Below, piece after piece: positions 13,761 to 24,459 of a stretch of 64,000 bases of DNA (within the stretch, counting starts at the first letter, position 1; each line of letters starts with the position of its first letter). Where the stretch lies: positions 86,449,756 through 86,513,755 of the forward strand of contig NC_058131.1 in assembly GCF_016433145.1 (NCBI RefSeq). The letters are read 5' to 3'. The position numbers were made by a program, and so were the translations under genes. Origin of the DNA: Gracilinanus agilis. Its lineage: Eukaryota. The notes beneath the pieces are model-generated. The model ran no database searches and was not told the origin of the DNA. It saw only the letters and a list, made by a program, of their open reading frames with translations.

Positions 13761-15587
13761 AGAACTATGAAAAAAAATAAAACAACCACCTTTCTGCTAA
13801 CTGCCAATGACTCATGGGTATATCCTAGAATACACCAATGGCTCCATAGATAGGAAGCTGTCAATTTTTAATAAAGAGGTAATCTGACTGTATCTCATTT
13901 TAGTTTCCTTATTTTAACATTATTTTGGTTGAACAAGAAATCTGGAACATGGCCAGCTTTCAGTTCATTCTTGAGATAGCTAAAATGTAATCATTCTATC
14001 TGTTACTCATTTTATGGCTCACCTGAAAACTGGGTCAGATTAAGCTTATGATCTCCTATGTGGAGAAACAAAAAGCTTCCCTCATAATGTTGGCTTGTTA
14101 GAGATTTTTAACAGTCTTAGAAAATCCATTTACTATCAGTGCCACCTGTAAGTGTTGCTTTTAAGGACCACTCCAAAAGCTAGCATATAATATCCAAGAA
14201 TTTGTTATGTTTCTTCCCCTTTGTAGAAGAGAGGGGACTGGTACAAAATAAAGAAGGAAAAATGAAGAAATTACAATAGAGCTAGATTTTAAGATACAAA
14301 GAAGAATAGTATGACTCTTCCACTTAACTCCAAACATAACAAATCTGTTAATTCCAAAGAGAATCTAATTTAATGGCAAAAGTAAAAAGAAAATTTCTTT
14401 GTTCACATGCAAATTATTAAATCACATCTGAACACAGGTTTTGCATAAAGAGAGTGAAAGGGAATGTCATAGACTTCTTGCTAATTTTAGCCTTAAAAGC
14501 AAATTTTTATTTCTTTTCCTTTAATCCAATAGAGGAAAAACATGAAGAACACTTCAGTCACAAGTATGCCTTAGATTTTGACTTTGGAAAAGCACAACCA
14601 GAATTTACTTTGACTAAAAGGTTGTTTAGTGGATAGAGATTTGGACTCAGTGTCAGAGACATTCAGGTTGGAGTCCTTCTTTTGATAATACTGGCTATGT
14701 AGCCCTGGGAAAGTCATTCCCAACTTCAGTCAATAGGTCTTTTAGACCTCTTGGGTACTTAATCAACCTTATCATTCACAGATTAAAATGGGTCTGAAGA
14801 GTAAAATTAGTTCAGGGTTAGAACTAAGTATTAGAGAGATATTAGCAGAATGGATAATCCATTCACTCTTTCACTCTCAGAAAAACAGAAGGAATGCCTA
14901 TGCTCAAGACCAAGATCTTGTTCACAGAAGATTATCTAGCACAACTTTGGAAAACAAAGGAAAACAAAGAACAAATCACTAAAATGGAGAGATATGGTGG
15001 TCTGTTCATTCAAGGTCATTGAATAAATAAATAAAAACACAACTTTGGTCCAAGCTCAGAACTTTTTTCTAGCAAATAATATCTAAAATGTTTCTTGGGA
15101 GAGAAGGATCATTAGGCTTAATGTAAGAAAGTCTGTGTTCCAATTCCAGCTCTATTCCTTACTAGTTTCCTAAACAAATCTTTGTGCAGTAGCTCTGGGC
15201 CTACAAATAACACAACTTGTTATAATTCAAGTTTCCATCTCTTGCTATCATGAAGCTTGTGTTATTGTTTTAGATAAGAGGTAAATAACAATGGCTGAAA
15301 AAATAATCCAGTAAACTGAAAATCCATTAAATCCACAAAATTACTTTATCTGAATTTATTCGGTTGCCATATTGCCTAGGAAAGTAAATACCATTTCCAT
15401 GTAAAATCCTGAGGAACCTTCATTTTAATTGTCTAAATGCATTAAAGTACTCTACAAAGTAGCACTTACTTGCACATGCACAGTTTTAAGATAGAATGAG
15501 TTAATGGCTTTCCTCTCCTGAATTCTTTGTTTCTAGTATCCCCTTGGGGCTTCATTAGCTATTTTAACTCTTCCATATTTTGGCTTC

Positions 15588-15794
15588 TTTTTTTTTCCCT
15601 TAAACCTTACCTTCTGTCTTATAATCAATACACTAAGCATTGGTTCCAAGGCAGAAGAGCAGAAAGGCCTAGCAATTGGTGTTAATTAACATGCCCAGAG
15701 TCACACAGCTAGGAAGTATCTGAGGCCACATCTGAATCTAGGACCTTCCATCTCCAGACTTGGTTCTCAATCTATTGAGTCATCTAGCTGCCCC
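15588..15794 (-). mobile_element. SINE1-type SINE
   Basis: T tail, aaaccttaccttctgtctt..cccagagtcacacagctaggaagt..ctagctgcccc. Confidence 0.85.
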
Positions 15795-16152
15795 TTATTT
15801 AGTTTTTATCTTCTGTTTTATTCTTCTTTTTCCTGCCTTGATTTCTTTTATTTTTTTCTAGATAATTTTCTATATGCTTTAGACTTTTACTGTTTATTTT
15901 ATCTTAGTAAAGAATTTTTTAAAAGAACTAAATAAATTAAGAGGAAAAGAGAACAAGGGATAGTCTCATTTTAAATATTCCATTGTTTCATAAAATTTAA
16001 TAGGATAAAAATATGGCCTTTTAATGATTTTATCTCATTTACTTACTATCTTTTTTCACAAATGTAAATATTTGTGATAAGGCTAAATGCTTCATGTGTC
16101 AATTTAAAAAGATATGTTGGTCTGCAAATAATCCTTTATTAAAAAAGGTGGG

Positions 16153-16343
16153 GGGGTCAGCGGAATAGCTCAGTGGATTGAGAGCCAGGTCTAGAGACAG
16201 GAGGTTCTAGACACTTCCCAGTTGTGTGACCCTGGGAAAGTCACTTAACCCCTATCACCTACCCTTACCACTCTTCTGCCTTAGAGTCAATACACAGTAT
16301 TGACTCCAAGACAGAAGGTAAGGGTTTAAAAAAAAAAAAAAAA
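16153..16343 (+). mobile_element. SINE1-type SINE with a small internal deletion across the B box
   Basis: tagctcagtggattgagagccagg..GGTTC^TAGACAC..ccttaccactcttctgcc..gtaagggtttaaaaaaaa. Confidence 0.9.
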
Positions 16344-16619
16344 GCAAGCCTGGAAAACCTGTATCATATACTGGCTATGACCTGGCATGATTTAGAGAAA
16401 AGGTGTTAACCTAAATTGATAAAAGAACTTTCCTCACTCAGGAGCTTACTGTACTGGTGATATGGCCAGCCTACCTCCCAACCTTATTCCCTTCTAATGC
16501 TATCTGGGGAAAATGAAAGCAGCTATATCCTTTGGTTTCTACAATTATAATTTCACTAACTATCTAGGAAAATGTTGATATAAGCATCATTTTTCAGAGA
16601 ATTATGTATTACTCTATCC

Positions 16620-16827
16620 CAGGGATCTGCAATGTATGGCTCTTGAGCCGTATCTGGCTCTTTTGAGGGCCAGATATGGCTCTTTCTGCAGGAGCCATGA
16701 AGTCAATTTTTTTTTCAGGAACTGTTATAGGAGCGCGCACTGTGAGCACTGTATGGCTCTCACGAAATTACATTTTAAAAAATGTGGCGTTTGTGGATCT
16801 CACAGCCAAAAAGGTTGCCAACCCCTG
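16620..16827. mobile_element. Non-autonomous hAT/Charlie DNA transposon (MITE), OposCharlie-class
   Basis: 208 bp. Imperfect TIRs CAGGGATCTGCAATGT and (rc) CAGGGGTTGGCAACCT. Flanks ctctatcc / ctctagat resemble an 8-bp NTCTAGAN hAT target. Repeated internal (T)GGCTC motifs. Confidence 0.8.
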
Positions 16828-17356
16828 CTCTAGATATTCAATAACAAAATACATATTTTCTCAGATAGCTTCCAAAATGATCTTCTTTTCTATATATGAC
16901 ACATGTGCTAAAACTAAATTTAAACTTTATCTAATGTCAATATTAGCAACTAAATCCTAGCATTTCCCCAAGGAAATCAGTTTCATATCAACTTTTGGAA
17001 ATGTACATATTTGGCAAAATTGTTCTCACTAAAATAGCAAAATTATCATTCATCAATTATTAGCACTGGAAATGTATAGACAATCTCTAAATAAAGTTGA
17101 TGATTTTATCTCTTATTTCAATCAAATAAAATGTTATCCTGAACATCAATAGATTAACATCAAGATCAGCTATTTCAGATTTGACTTTAACCAAAGATGG
17201 GCTTTTGAGATGATATGTACAAAATATGTTACTAGTTTTAAAGTGTGCATTTAATGGAGTCCTTTTTTTCCTTTTGATCATTTTAATGACATTCTGAACC
17301 TGTATTTTACCAGGAAGGAAAGAACTATTAACAATAATAAATCTCTATAACTATTT

Positions 17357-17395
17357 GTATGTATGTGTATGTATGTATGTATGTATGTATGTATA
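17357..17395. repeat. (TATG)n microsatellite
   Basis: Direct reading. Confidence 0.9.
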
Positions 17396-19212
17396 TTTTT
17401 AGCATAAAAGGTCAACTTGAAAGACTTCACCTATATAAGGATAAAAATGAGTGTATTAAATAAGACATACTTGCAATATGAGAAGTAATTTTTTTCAGAA
17501 ATAAAATATTAAAGATAAGTAATTTACCTTATCTCTGTGACTAGTGGTATGTGTGTTCAAAGAAGGAATAACACAAAAATGTCCATTTATGTCCATTTGT
17601 CATTAGATTACACAGATTTACATCCTGTATAATGATTTCTTTGAGTAACACAACTATGAAATAAGTGCCTTTCCAGTAATTACTTCATTTGGAGGACTTT
17701 GAAGATAGCATTTAAAGGGAAGTACAATCAAGCAGAGAAAAGAGCTTATGTTCTTAGCCTCATGAAGTAAAGCAAGGATTCAAGAAACATGTTGATAGTG
17801 GGCAGACCAGCAACTAGAGGGGAAGATTTAAATTTATTCCGATCTTGAGTCTACAATGCCCAGTTTGAATGGTAAATTTCAAATGCTCTATTGATATAAA
17901 TAACCATTTTAAAGGATAAGAAAAAAGGGAAATAAACAAATAAATAAACAAACAAACAAATAAATAAATAAATGTATAGTACTACTCACTCTACAGTGAG
18001 TAGTACTAGTTTCTAAGTAAGGCACTCAATCTTAGATTCCATTAGACTCATTTCAATTAAAATATAGTAGACAAAAAGAATGTGGGCTCAGTCACTCTCT
18101 ATCACATTTGATCAAAAGTTTTTACTGTAATTCACCCAGGCAATAGAAGTTCTTACTATCATAGGTGTCTCAAAGCATAAATACAGATTTGGATGTTCTT
18201 AAAGTGACTTCTACAAGCTGTGATACAAAGAAGTCCTTCCACAGAACTCTTGACCAATTTTCAGCAGTGAATGACTTACTGAAGTCATAGACTGACACTA
18301 TTGCTTTTTCTGGTAAAGTCAAATCAATCTAATTATCCATATTCAATGTTTTAAATGGGAGTTTGGCAGAATAAATTATTCCATCAAATCATCATCATTC
18401 TTGCTTTTTTTTTAAATCTTATACATTCCAGCTGAAATGCTGTTTATTTATGGCTTAGTAAAAGTCCTGGATAGCATATCACTTAGGGCAACCCTGCATT
18501 CAAGTTGAATACTATGTAAGAATATTAATCTTAATAAAAGGAATCAAGTGTTTCAGAAAGAAACATCTAAAGCTTAAAAAATAACCAGCAATGTTATATT
18601 TCAAGGCTGCTTTATTGAATCTACCAAATGACACACACACAATACCACTATGGCTAGAATACTTTCATTATCAATTCTAGTCATTTCTCAACAGGATATC
18701 ATATAATAGAGAAAAAATAACAAATGTATCAAGGTGTTTGGAGTATGGAACATGGAAATGACAATGGGAAGGAGAAAATGTATCTGTTTTGACAACAGTT
18801 CAGAATTTCACTAACACACCTCCCAAGGGGGAAAAAAATCACCAGTTAATGTCAGTCAGTTAACTTAATGCCCTCATTAAATATCCTCTAATAAGATATA
18901 AGAGGCGTGCATATAGACCTGGTCTTGGACCAAGAGAGATATTGGTGCAAGTCCTATATTTAACCCACACTTGCCATGTAACCCTGGGCAAGTCAGTGCT
19001 CTAAAGACTCCGCTAAGACTAGAAGTTGCTTGAGTAGAAGTTCATAATGAAAACTGACACTTCTGTAATTTATAATTTTAGAGATTTAACTGAGAAAATG
19101 AGAGAATGAGGGACTTATCTAGGATCACATAGCTAGTATATATAAAGGGCAGGACTTGAACTTAGGTCTTCATGATTCTACAACAAAGCATATATCCACT
19201 GTTATTCATAGA

Positions 19213-19215
19213 TGG

Positions 19216-19246
<31 letters not shown>

Positions 19247-19385
19247 TATAGTACATGTAGTATATATGCACATATATAGATACATACATATATATGCCAT
19301 AAATGGATAAATAGGTATACACATATAAACACATTGCAATAATATGCTGGTCTCATATGTGTATGTATTTATATATGTATATATT
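19213..19385. repeat. (TA/CA)n low-complexity region
   Basis: Direct reading. Confidence 0.85.
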
Positions 19386-20864
19386 GATAAACTTGCATTA
19401 CATAGACAGGTTTTATAAGATTAAAATAATTTCATTTAATATATTTTCATGAAATATATTTATTTCAATAAGCAATGTGTCTGGATGGGGAGAAAGTAAG
19501 GGAGAGACAGAGAGAGATGTATGCATTTTCTAGTAGTCATCAATTATTAAATATTCACTTGAATTGTAACGGTTACAAATTTATAGCAAAGCTTTATTGT
19601 TTAATAGCTTTCTTCTCCATTTGCCATTTGAGAATTACTGTATTTGGTTTCTCAAAAATAAGAAACATGCACACACACAGTTCAACCATAGAAAATTGTA
19701 TTGAAGTTTGAATGACAAAATCTTAAAATCTCTTGTTGATTTGATGGTGCAGTTCTAATTAATGACTTTTTGTCAGTATAAAAGAGCATTGAAGAAAGAC
19801 AATCAGAACATGAACCAAGGCACCCTGACTTTGCTTTCCATTTATTTTGAATAAATGCAGTTTTATCTTCCAGCGATATTTGTCCAGTACTTTTCATGAC
19901 ATTACTTTATGAATTCATAATTAAATACCTTTAGAAATTAAAAGCTCTAACATTATGTTCTGTAAAATTTCCTAATTGTCATGAGCTCATAAACCTCAAT
20001 TTACATCCTTTCTTAAATTCTCTAGTTTTCAGTGTACCAAAATTAGAACCCTTAGCCAAAACATGGATATTACAAACCATTTCAGCACTTCATTGATTAA
20101 ACGATGGGAAATGATGCCAACAAATTGAGCTGGGTTCTTCCCCAAGGAAGTCTGAACAATGACAACACACTCTCATAGACACCAAAAGGAAAGTGACTTC
20201 TCTAAAAGACTGTTGGCAAGAATAGCATTGTTATACCTAATTGACAGGATCACATCCTCCTGATGTCTGTACTTTGATGTCAAAGAATGCATGTGTACAG
20301 TTTTTTCGGGCAATACCACATCAATACATATTCACAGAAGGGAAGTTGATTCTTTCCTCCTCATTTTTTGACCTTCCCTCTTCAGATCAAACCACTTAAT
20401 GACAAGTAGGTGTCTTAAACAATGCCCTTCACTCCACCTTCTTTCACTACACAAAACCACTTTTGTGAATGCAGTCTTGTTGATATCATAAAATAAAAGA
20501 GACTAAACTAGAAACAAGCTTCTGATCTTCCCCCCAAAATGGTATATTATGGAAAGAACAAAATTGGTCATTTCATCACTATTGTGCATTAATATTCTTG
20601 TTGAAACATTTCTGTGTCTTGTATCTGTATTCTTAAATAACATGATGTCAAATAAAAAATAGAAACATTATCTTCATCTAACCCTTGTTGCAATGAAAAG
20701 CTAAAGAGTGAAATTTCCTTTTTTAGTCATTTTCCTATTTACTCTTTGCAAAGAAATGGACAACTTTATTAAAATTTTAGAAACTAGTTTCTTGCACAAT
20801 ATTTTTTTCAAAGCAGAATACAATTTATTCAACCAGGCATGGTTATGATGATATATATATATGC

Positions 20865-21261
20865 NNNNNNNNNNNNNNNNNNNNNNNNNNNNNNNNNNNN
20901 NNNNNNNNNNNNNNNNNNNNNNNNNNNNNNNNNNNNNNNNNNNNNNNNNNNNNNNNNNNNNNNNNNNNNNNNNNNNNNNNNNNNNNNNNNNNNNNNNNNN
21001 NNNNNNNNNNNNNNNNNNNNNNNNNNNNNNNNNNNNNNNNNNNNNNNNNNNNNNNNNNNNNNNNNNNNNNNNNNNNNNNNNNNNNNNNNNNNNNNNNNNN
21101 NNNNNNNNNNNNNNNNNNNNNNNNNNNNNNNNNNNNNNNNNNNNNNNNNNNNNNNNNNNNNNNNNNNNNNNNNNNNNNNNNNNNNNNNNNNNNNNNNNNN
21201 NNNNNNNNNNNNNNNNNNNNNNNNNNNNNNNNNNNNNNNNNNNNNNNNNNNNNNNNNNNNN
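20865..21261. other. Assembly gap
   Basis: Run of N. Confidence 1.

Positions 21262-21310
<49 letters not shown>
21262..21310. repeat. (GA)n microsatellite abutting a gap
   Basis: Direct reading. Confidence 0.95.
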
Positions 21311-21313
<3 letters not shown>

Positions 21314-21528
21314 AGCTATAGTTATAGGCAGAAGAAGTCTTCTATTACCTGTAATGTTTTAAAAATATTTAAAGAAAAACAATCCTAAAGACTGTTAACC
21401 CAATGTATTTTGTGCTCGCCTGAGGAAGTGGTAGGTAGCTCAAGACTGACATGCTCAAAGTAGTCTTCTAAAATAAGCAGTCTATTCAGTGCATAAAATT
21501 TAATTTTAAAGTTCATTAAAATGGTAGT

Positions 21529-21536
21529 ACTTACGC
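21529..21536 (-). promoter_or_regulatory. SLC8A1: SLC8A1 exon-2 splice donor
   Basis: ATTGC|GTAAGT: a consensus intronic hexamer at the position where the NCX1 exon 2 ends (..NDEI-x). Confidence 0.93.
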
Positions 21537-23330
21537 AATTTCATCATTCTGGAATTCCAGCTCTCCACAGGTATCCTCAAAGTCTTCTCCTCCACCTCGA
21601 GCTGATCCTTCAATTGTTTTGTAAGGAACAATAACACTTCCTCGTGCTCCAGATGTTCTTAACACTTTGACCTCCATGATGCCAACACTCTCGCTCACAT
21701 GTGTCACAGGTTCCTCAAAGGTAAAGATGCCTGCATGATCATCATCAAAAATAGTGACAGTGGCAGTAGAGGGAGAGCCCAGGCAAGCAAGAGATGCAAT
21801 GTGATTAGCCTCCAGGATTCCATCTTCCAAAGCCTCTGATGTTACTTTGACATTGCTGAGGTGCACATGGAAGTTCTCATCTTCTTCAAAAATATCATCA
21901 TCAATAATGCCAACACGGATTTCCTTTTGACTCTCTCCAGGTTTGAAGACCACAGTACCTTCAGTAAATTCATAATCAGAACCTGCGTTGGCTGTACCAT
22001 CTTCTGTTCGGAAGTCAACGAAAACAGTGTTGCTCAAATCACCCCCTCTACGGATAATGTTGAGGGCCACTGTGCCACAATTTTCAAGACACTGATAAGC
22101 TCCCTGCTCAAAATAGATCTTACTGACTGGGTCATTTTCTGCCATTTCAATATTGACTTCATGCATGCTGACAGCTTTTCTGGCCTGATCTGCAGCATGT
22201 CTCTTTAAAATATTGCCAGCTCCAGTCATCAGACGGGTAGCTTGGATACGATAGAATGCACGACTCTTCTGCTGTTGACTCAGGACTTGGTAGTTGGCTA
22301 GTTCTATTAACTGCTCAATTTCTTTTTCTGGGTGTTTCTGTTTCAACTCCTTCAGGATCCTGGCCATTTCCCTCCTAGTTTCTTCATCATCTTGGTCCCT
22401 CTCGTCAACTTCCAGAACGAGAGCACCATCCAAGAAGTTATCCACATGAGAGTTGACCACTTTTCCATCCATTTCAATTTCGGCTTTGGAAGGGGGCCTG
22501 TCTCCTTCATGTTCGATGATCATTCCCCTTTGCTTGCCAGCTCGATATCTCTTATAGACATATTTGTAAAACAGAAGCCTTCTGTCTGCAACCCAAGCAA
22601 ATACAACGCAGATGGGGAAGAAGAAGAAAGTAAGCAAACCTTCCCAGACTTCCACAACCCCCGGCGATATGACAGACAGAATCATGTAGAGCCAGGTATA
22701 GGCAAAGATGCTCCATGCTGCAGTTACGAAGAAGACTCGCAAATGTTTAATCTTCCTTGTTTCTCCATCAGGAACCACATAGACACAGAGAGCGATGATG
22801 ATGAACATATTGAATGCAGCACTTCCAACAATAGTACTGGGACCAAGATCTCCAGCAGTAAAGTTATGGCCACAAACTTCAATCACAGAAAGAAGGATTT
22901 CAGGTGCTGAGGAGCCCAAAGCCATCAATGTTAGGTTGGATACTGTCTCATTCCAAATCCTCACTGTGGTCTTGGTGGTCTCTCCATTGGGTTTCTTTAT
23001 GGTTATTTCTTTTTCTTGGGACGTGATGACTTCTATTGAGGACATGAATCGATCGGCAATGATAGATACTCCCAGGAACATGTAGACCATGGCCACAAAA
23101 TACACAGTAGCTCTAGCAATTTTATCTCCAAAGGAAGGATCTTGGGGCTCCCATATGGGCAAAATCACACCCTTCTTACAATAATAAGAGCCAGTACATT
23201 CATTTGTATCATTTCCAGTTCCTTCACCTTCAGTCTCAGCACTTATTTTGTCCAGGTGGAAAAGCAAGAGAGCCACAGAGCTTAGTAAATATCCCAGTGG
23301 AAAGGTTGGCGAAAGATTTAATTTCATCAT
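21535..23330 (-). CDS. SLC8A1: Sodium/calcium exchanger 1 (NCX1), coding part of the large first coding exon (exon 2): signal peptide, TM1-5, alpha-1 repeat, XIP region, CBD1 and the start of CBD2. The remaining exons lie outside the window toward lower coordinates.
   Basis: Translation of ORF 21531..23384(-) gives AETE..GNDT..CTGSYYCKKGVILPIWEP, alpha-1 repeat TVSNLTLMALGSSAPEILLS..GPSTIVGSAAFNMF, XIP RRLLFYKYVYKRYRAGKQRG, CBD1 acidic motifs DDDIFEEDENF and DDDHAG, ending ELEFQNDEI. ATG at 23330 has a Kozak-like context (GCAACCATGA). The exon ends in phase 2 at GC|GTAAGT. Confidence 0.97.
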
Positions 23331-23404
23331 GGTTGCTGCTTGACTAAATTTCCAAGTCTCCCAACCTATATACAGAAAATCCAAGAAAGGGAAAAGAGAT
23401 CAGA
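23331..23404 (-). promoter_or_regulatory. SLC8A1: SLC8A1 exon-2 splice acceptor with 35 nt of 5' UTR
   Basis: Minus strand reads CTGAT (branch-point-like, A at 23400) ctcttttccctttcttggattttctgtatatAG|GTTGGGAGACTTGGAAATTTAGTCAAGCAGCAACC ATG. The exon starts at 23365. Confidence 0.9.
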
Positions 23405-24298
23405 TAATTTCAGACAAGACCAGAGTATGAATAAAGATAACACTTTTTCCATCATCGATTCCTTTACATCTAATAATCACAAATCCTCTATTAAATTATT
23501 TTTTTCTAGGAGTCATAAGTTATTAAACAGTCTTTTAATTCTTAAAGGATGAATTTCCGTCCCAGGATATTGCTGATTGCACAAGAATTACAGTTGACTT
23601 ATCAAGAATAAGAAGCAAAATAATAGTCTTGCCCTGCTGAATGAACATTTAGCATGTTAATAGATTACAAGAAAACTTTTGAAACATTAAATAATTCTTC
23701 CTAGTGGATGAAAATGAACCACCTCCCCTCCCATCAATGCTCAGCAGTTTTAGCCAAGAAGGAAACCAAAGCCCTCTTATGTAAATTATTGCTTTGAAAC
23801 ATGTACACTTGGAAGAAAGAGGAAGACACAGGAACCTTCAGACACAAAACCTATTGGGAATCCTAAATTTGGATTCTACCTTGCATGTCATAAAAAATAA
23901 AACATCATTAGTGTTCTAATTATACTTGAAATGAAATGAAACATATCAATCTGTGATCAAAACTATGCCTTCCTTAATAAAATCAACAACAACAAATATA
24001 TAGCCTCCTTTAAAAATATTGGAATGATTATATTTCAAAAATTATAATTGTTTCAAATATGGTTTGAATAGTGCACATTTCCTCCTAATTTTTAGCAAAC
24101 ACTGGTATCATGCCAAAATAGTAGGTAGACCTTAGTTTCTCCCTTCACAGACAACTCTACCTCTAACTACGAGAGTCTACTTTAAAATCTATAGATCCTC
24201 AATCAGTAGGAAGAAAGGAAAATTCATAGTTCCCAAGTCTAATTTTAGTATAGCATAGGAGCTGACAGACTTAAAAATCATCATTACCAACCATGAAA

Positions 24299-24440
24299 NN
24301 NNNNNNNNNNNNNNNNNNNNNNNNNNNNNNNNNNNNNNNNNNNNNNNNNNNNNNNNNNNNNNNNNNNNNNNNNNNNNNNNNNNNNNNNNNNNNNNNNNNN
24401 NNNNNNNNNNNNNNNNNNNNNNNNNNNNNNNNNNNNNNNN
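24299..24440. other. Assembly gap
   Basis: Run of N. Confidence 1.
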
Positions 24441-24459
24441 GGCCCAAATCATTCAAGAA

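Noticed and set aside
21861-23085. Plus-strand ORFs of 115, 192 and 96 aa overlapping exon 2
   Set aside because: Antisense shadow ORFs of a long coding exon, with no recognisable protein motif.
23331-23384. ORF-track start at TTG 23384 giving an N-terminus MDFLYIGWETWK..
   Set aside because: It begins inside the intron polypyrimidine tract upstream of the acceptor at 23365. The real start is the ATG at 23330.
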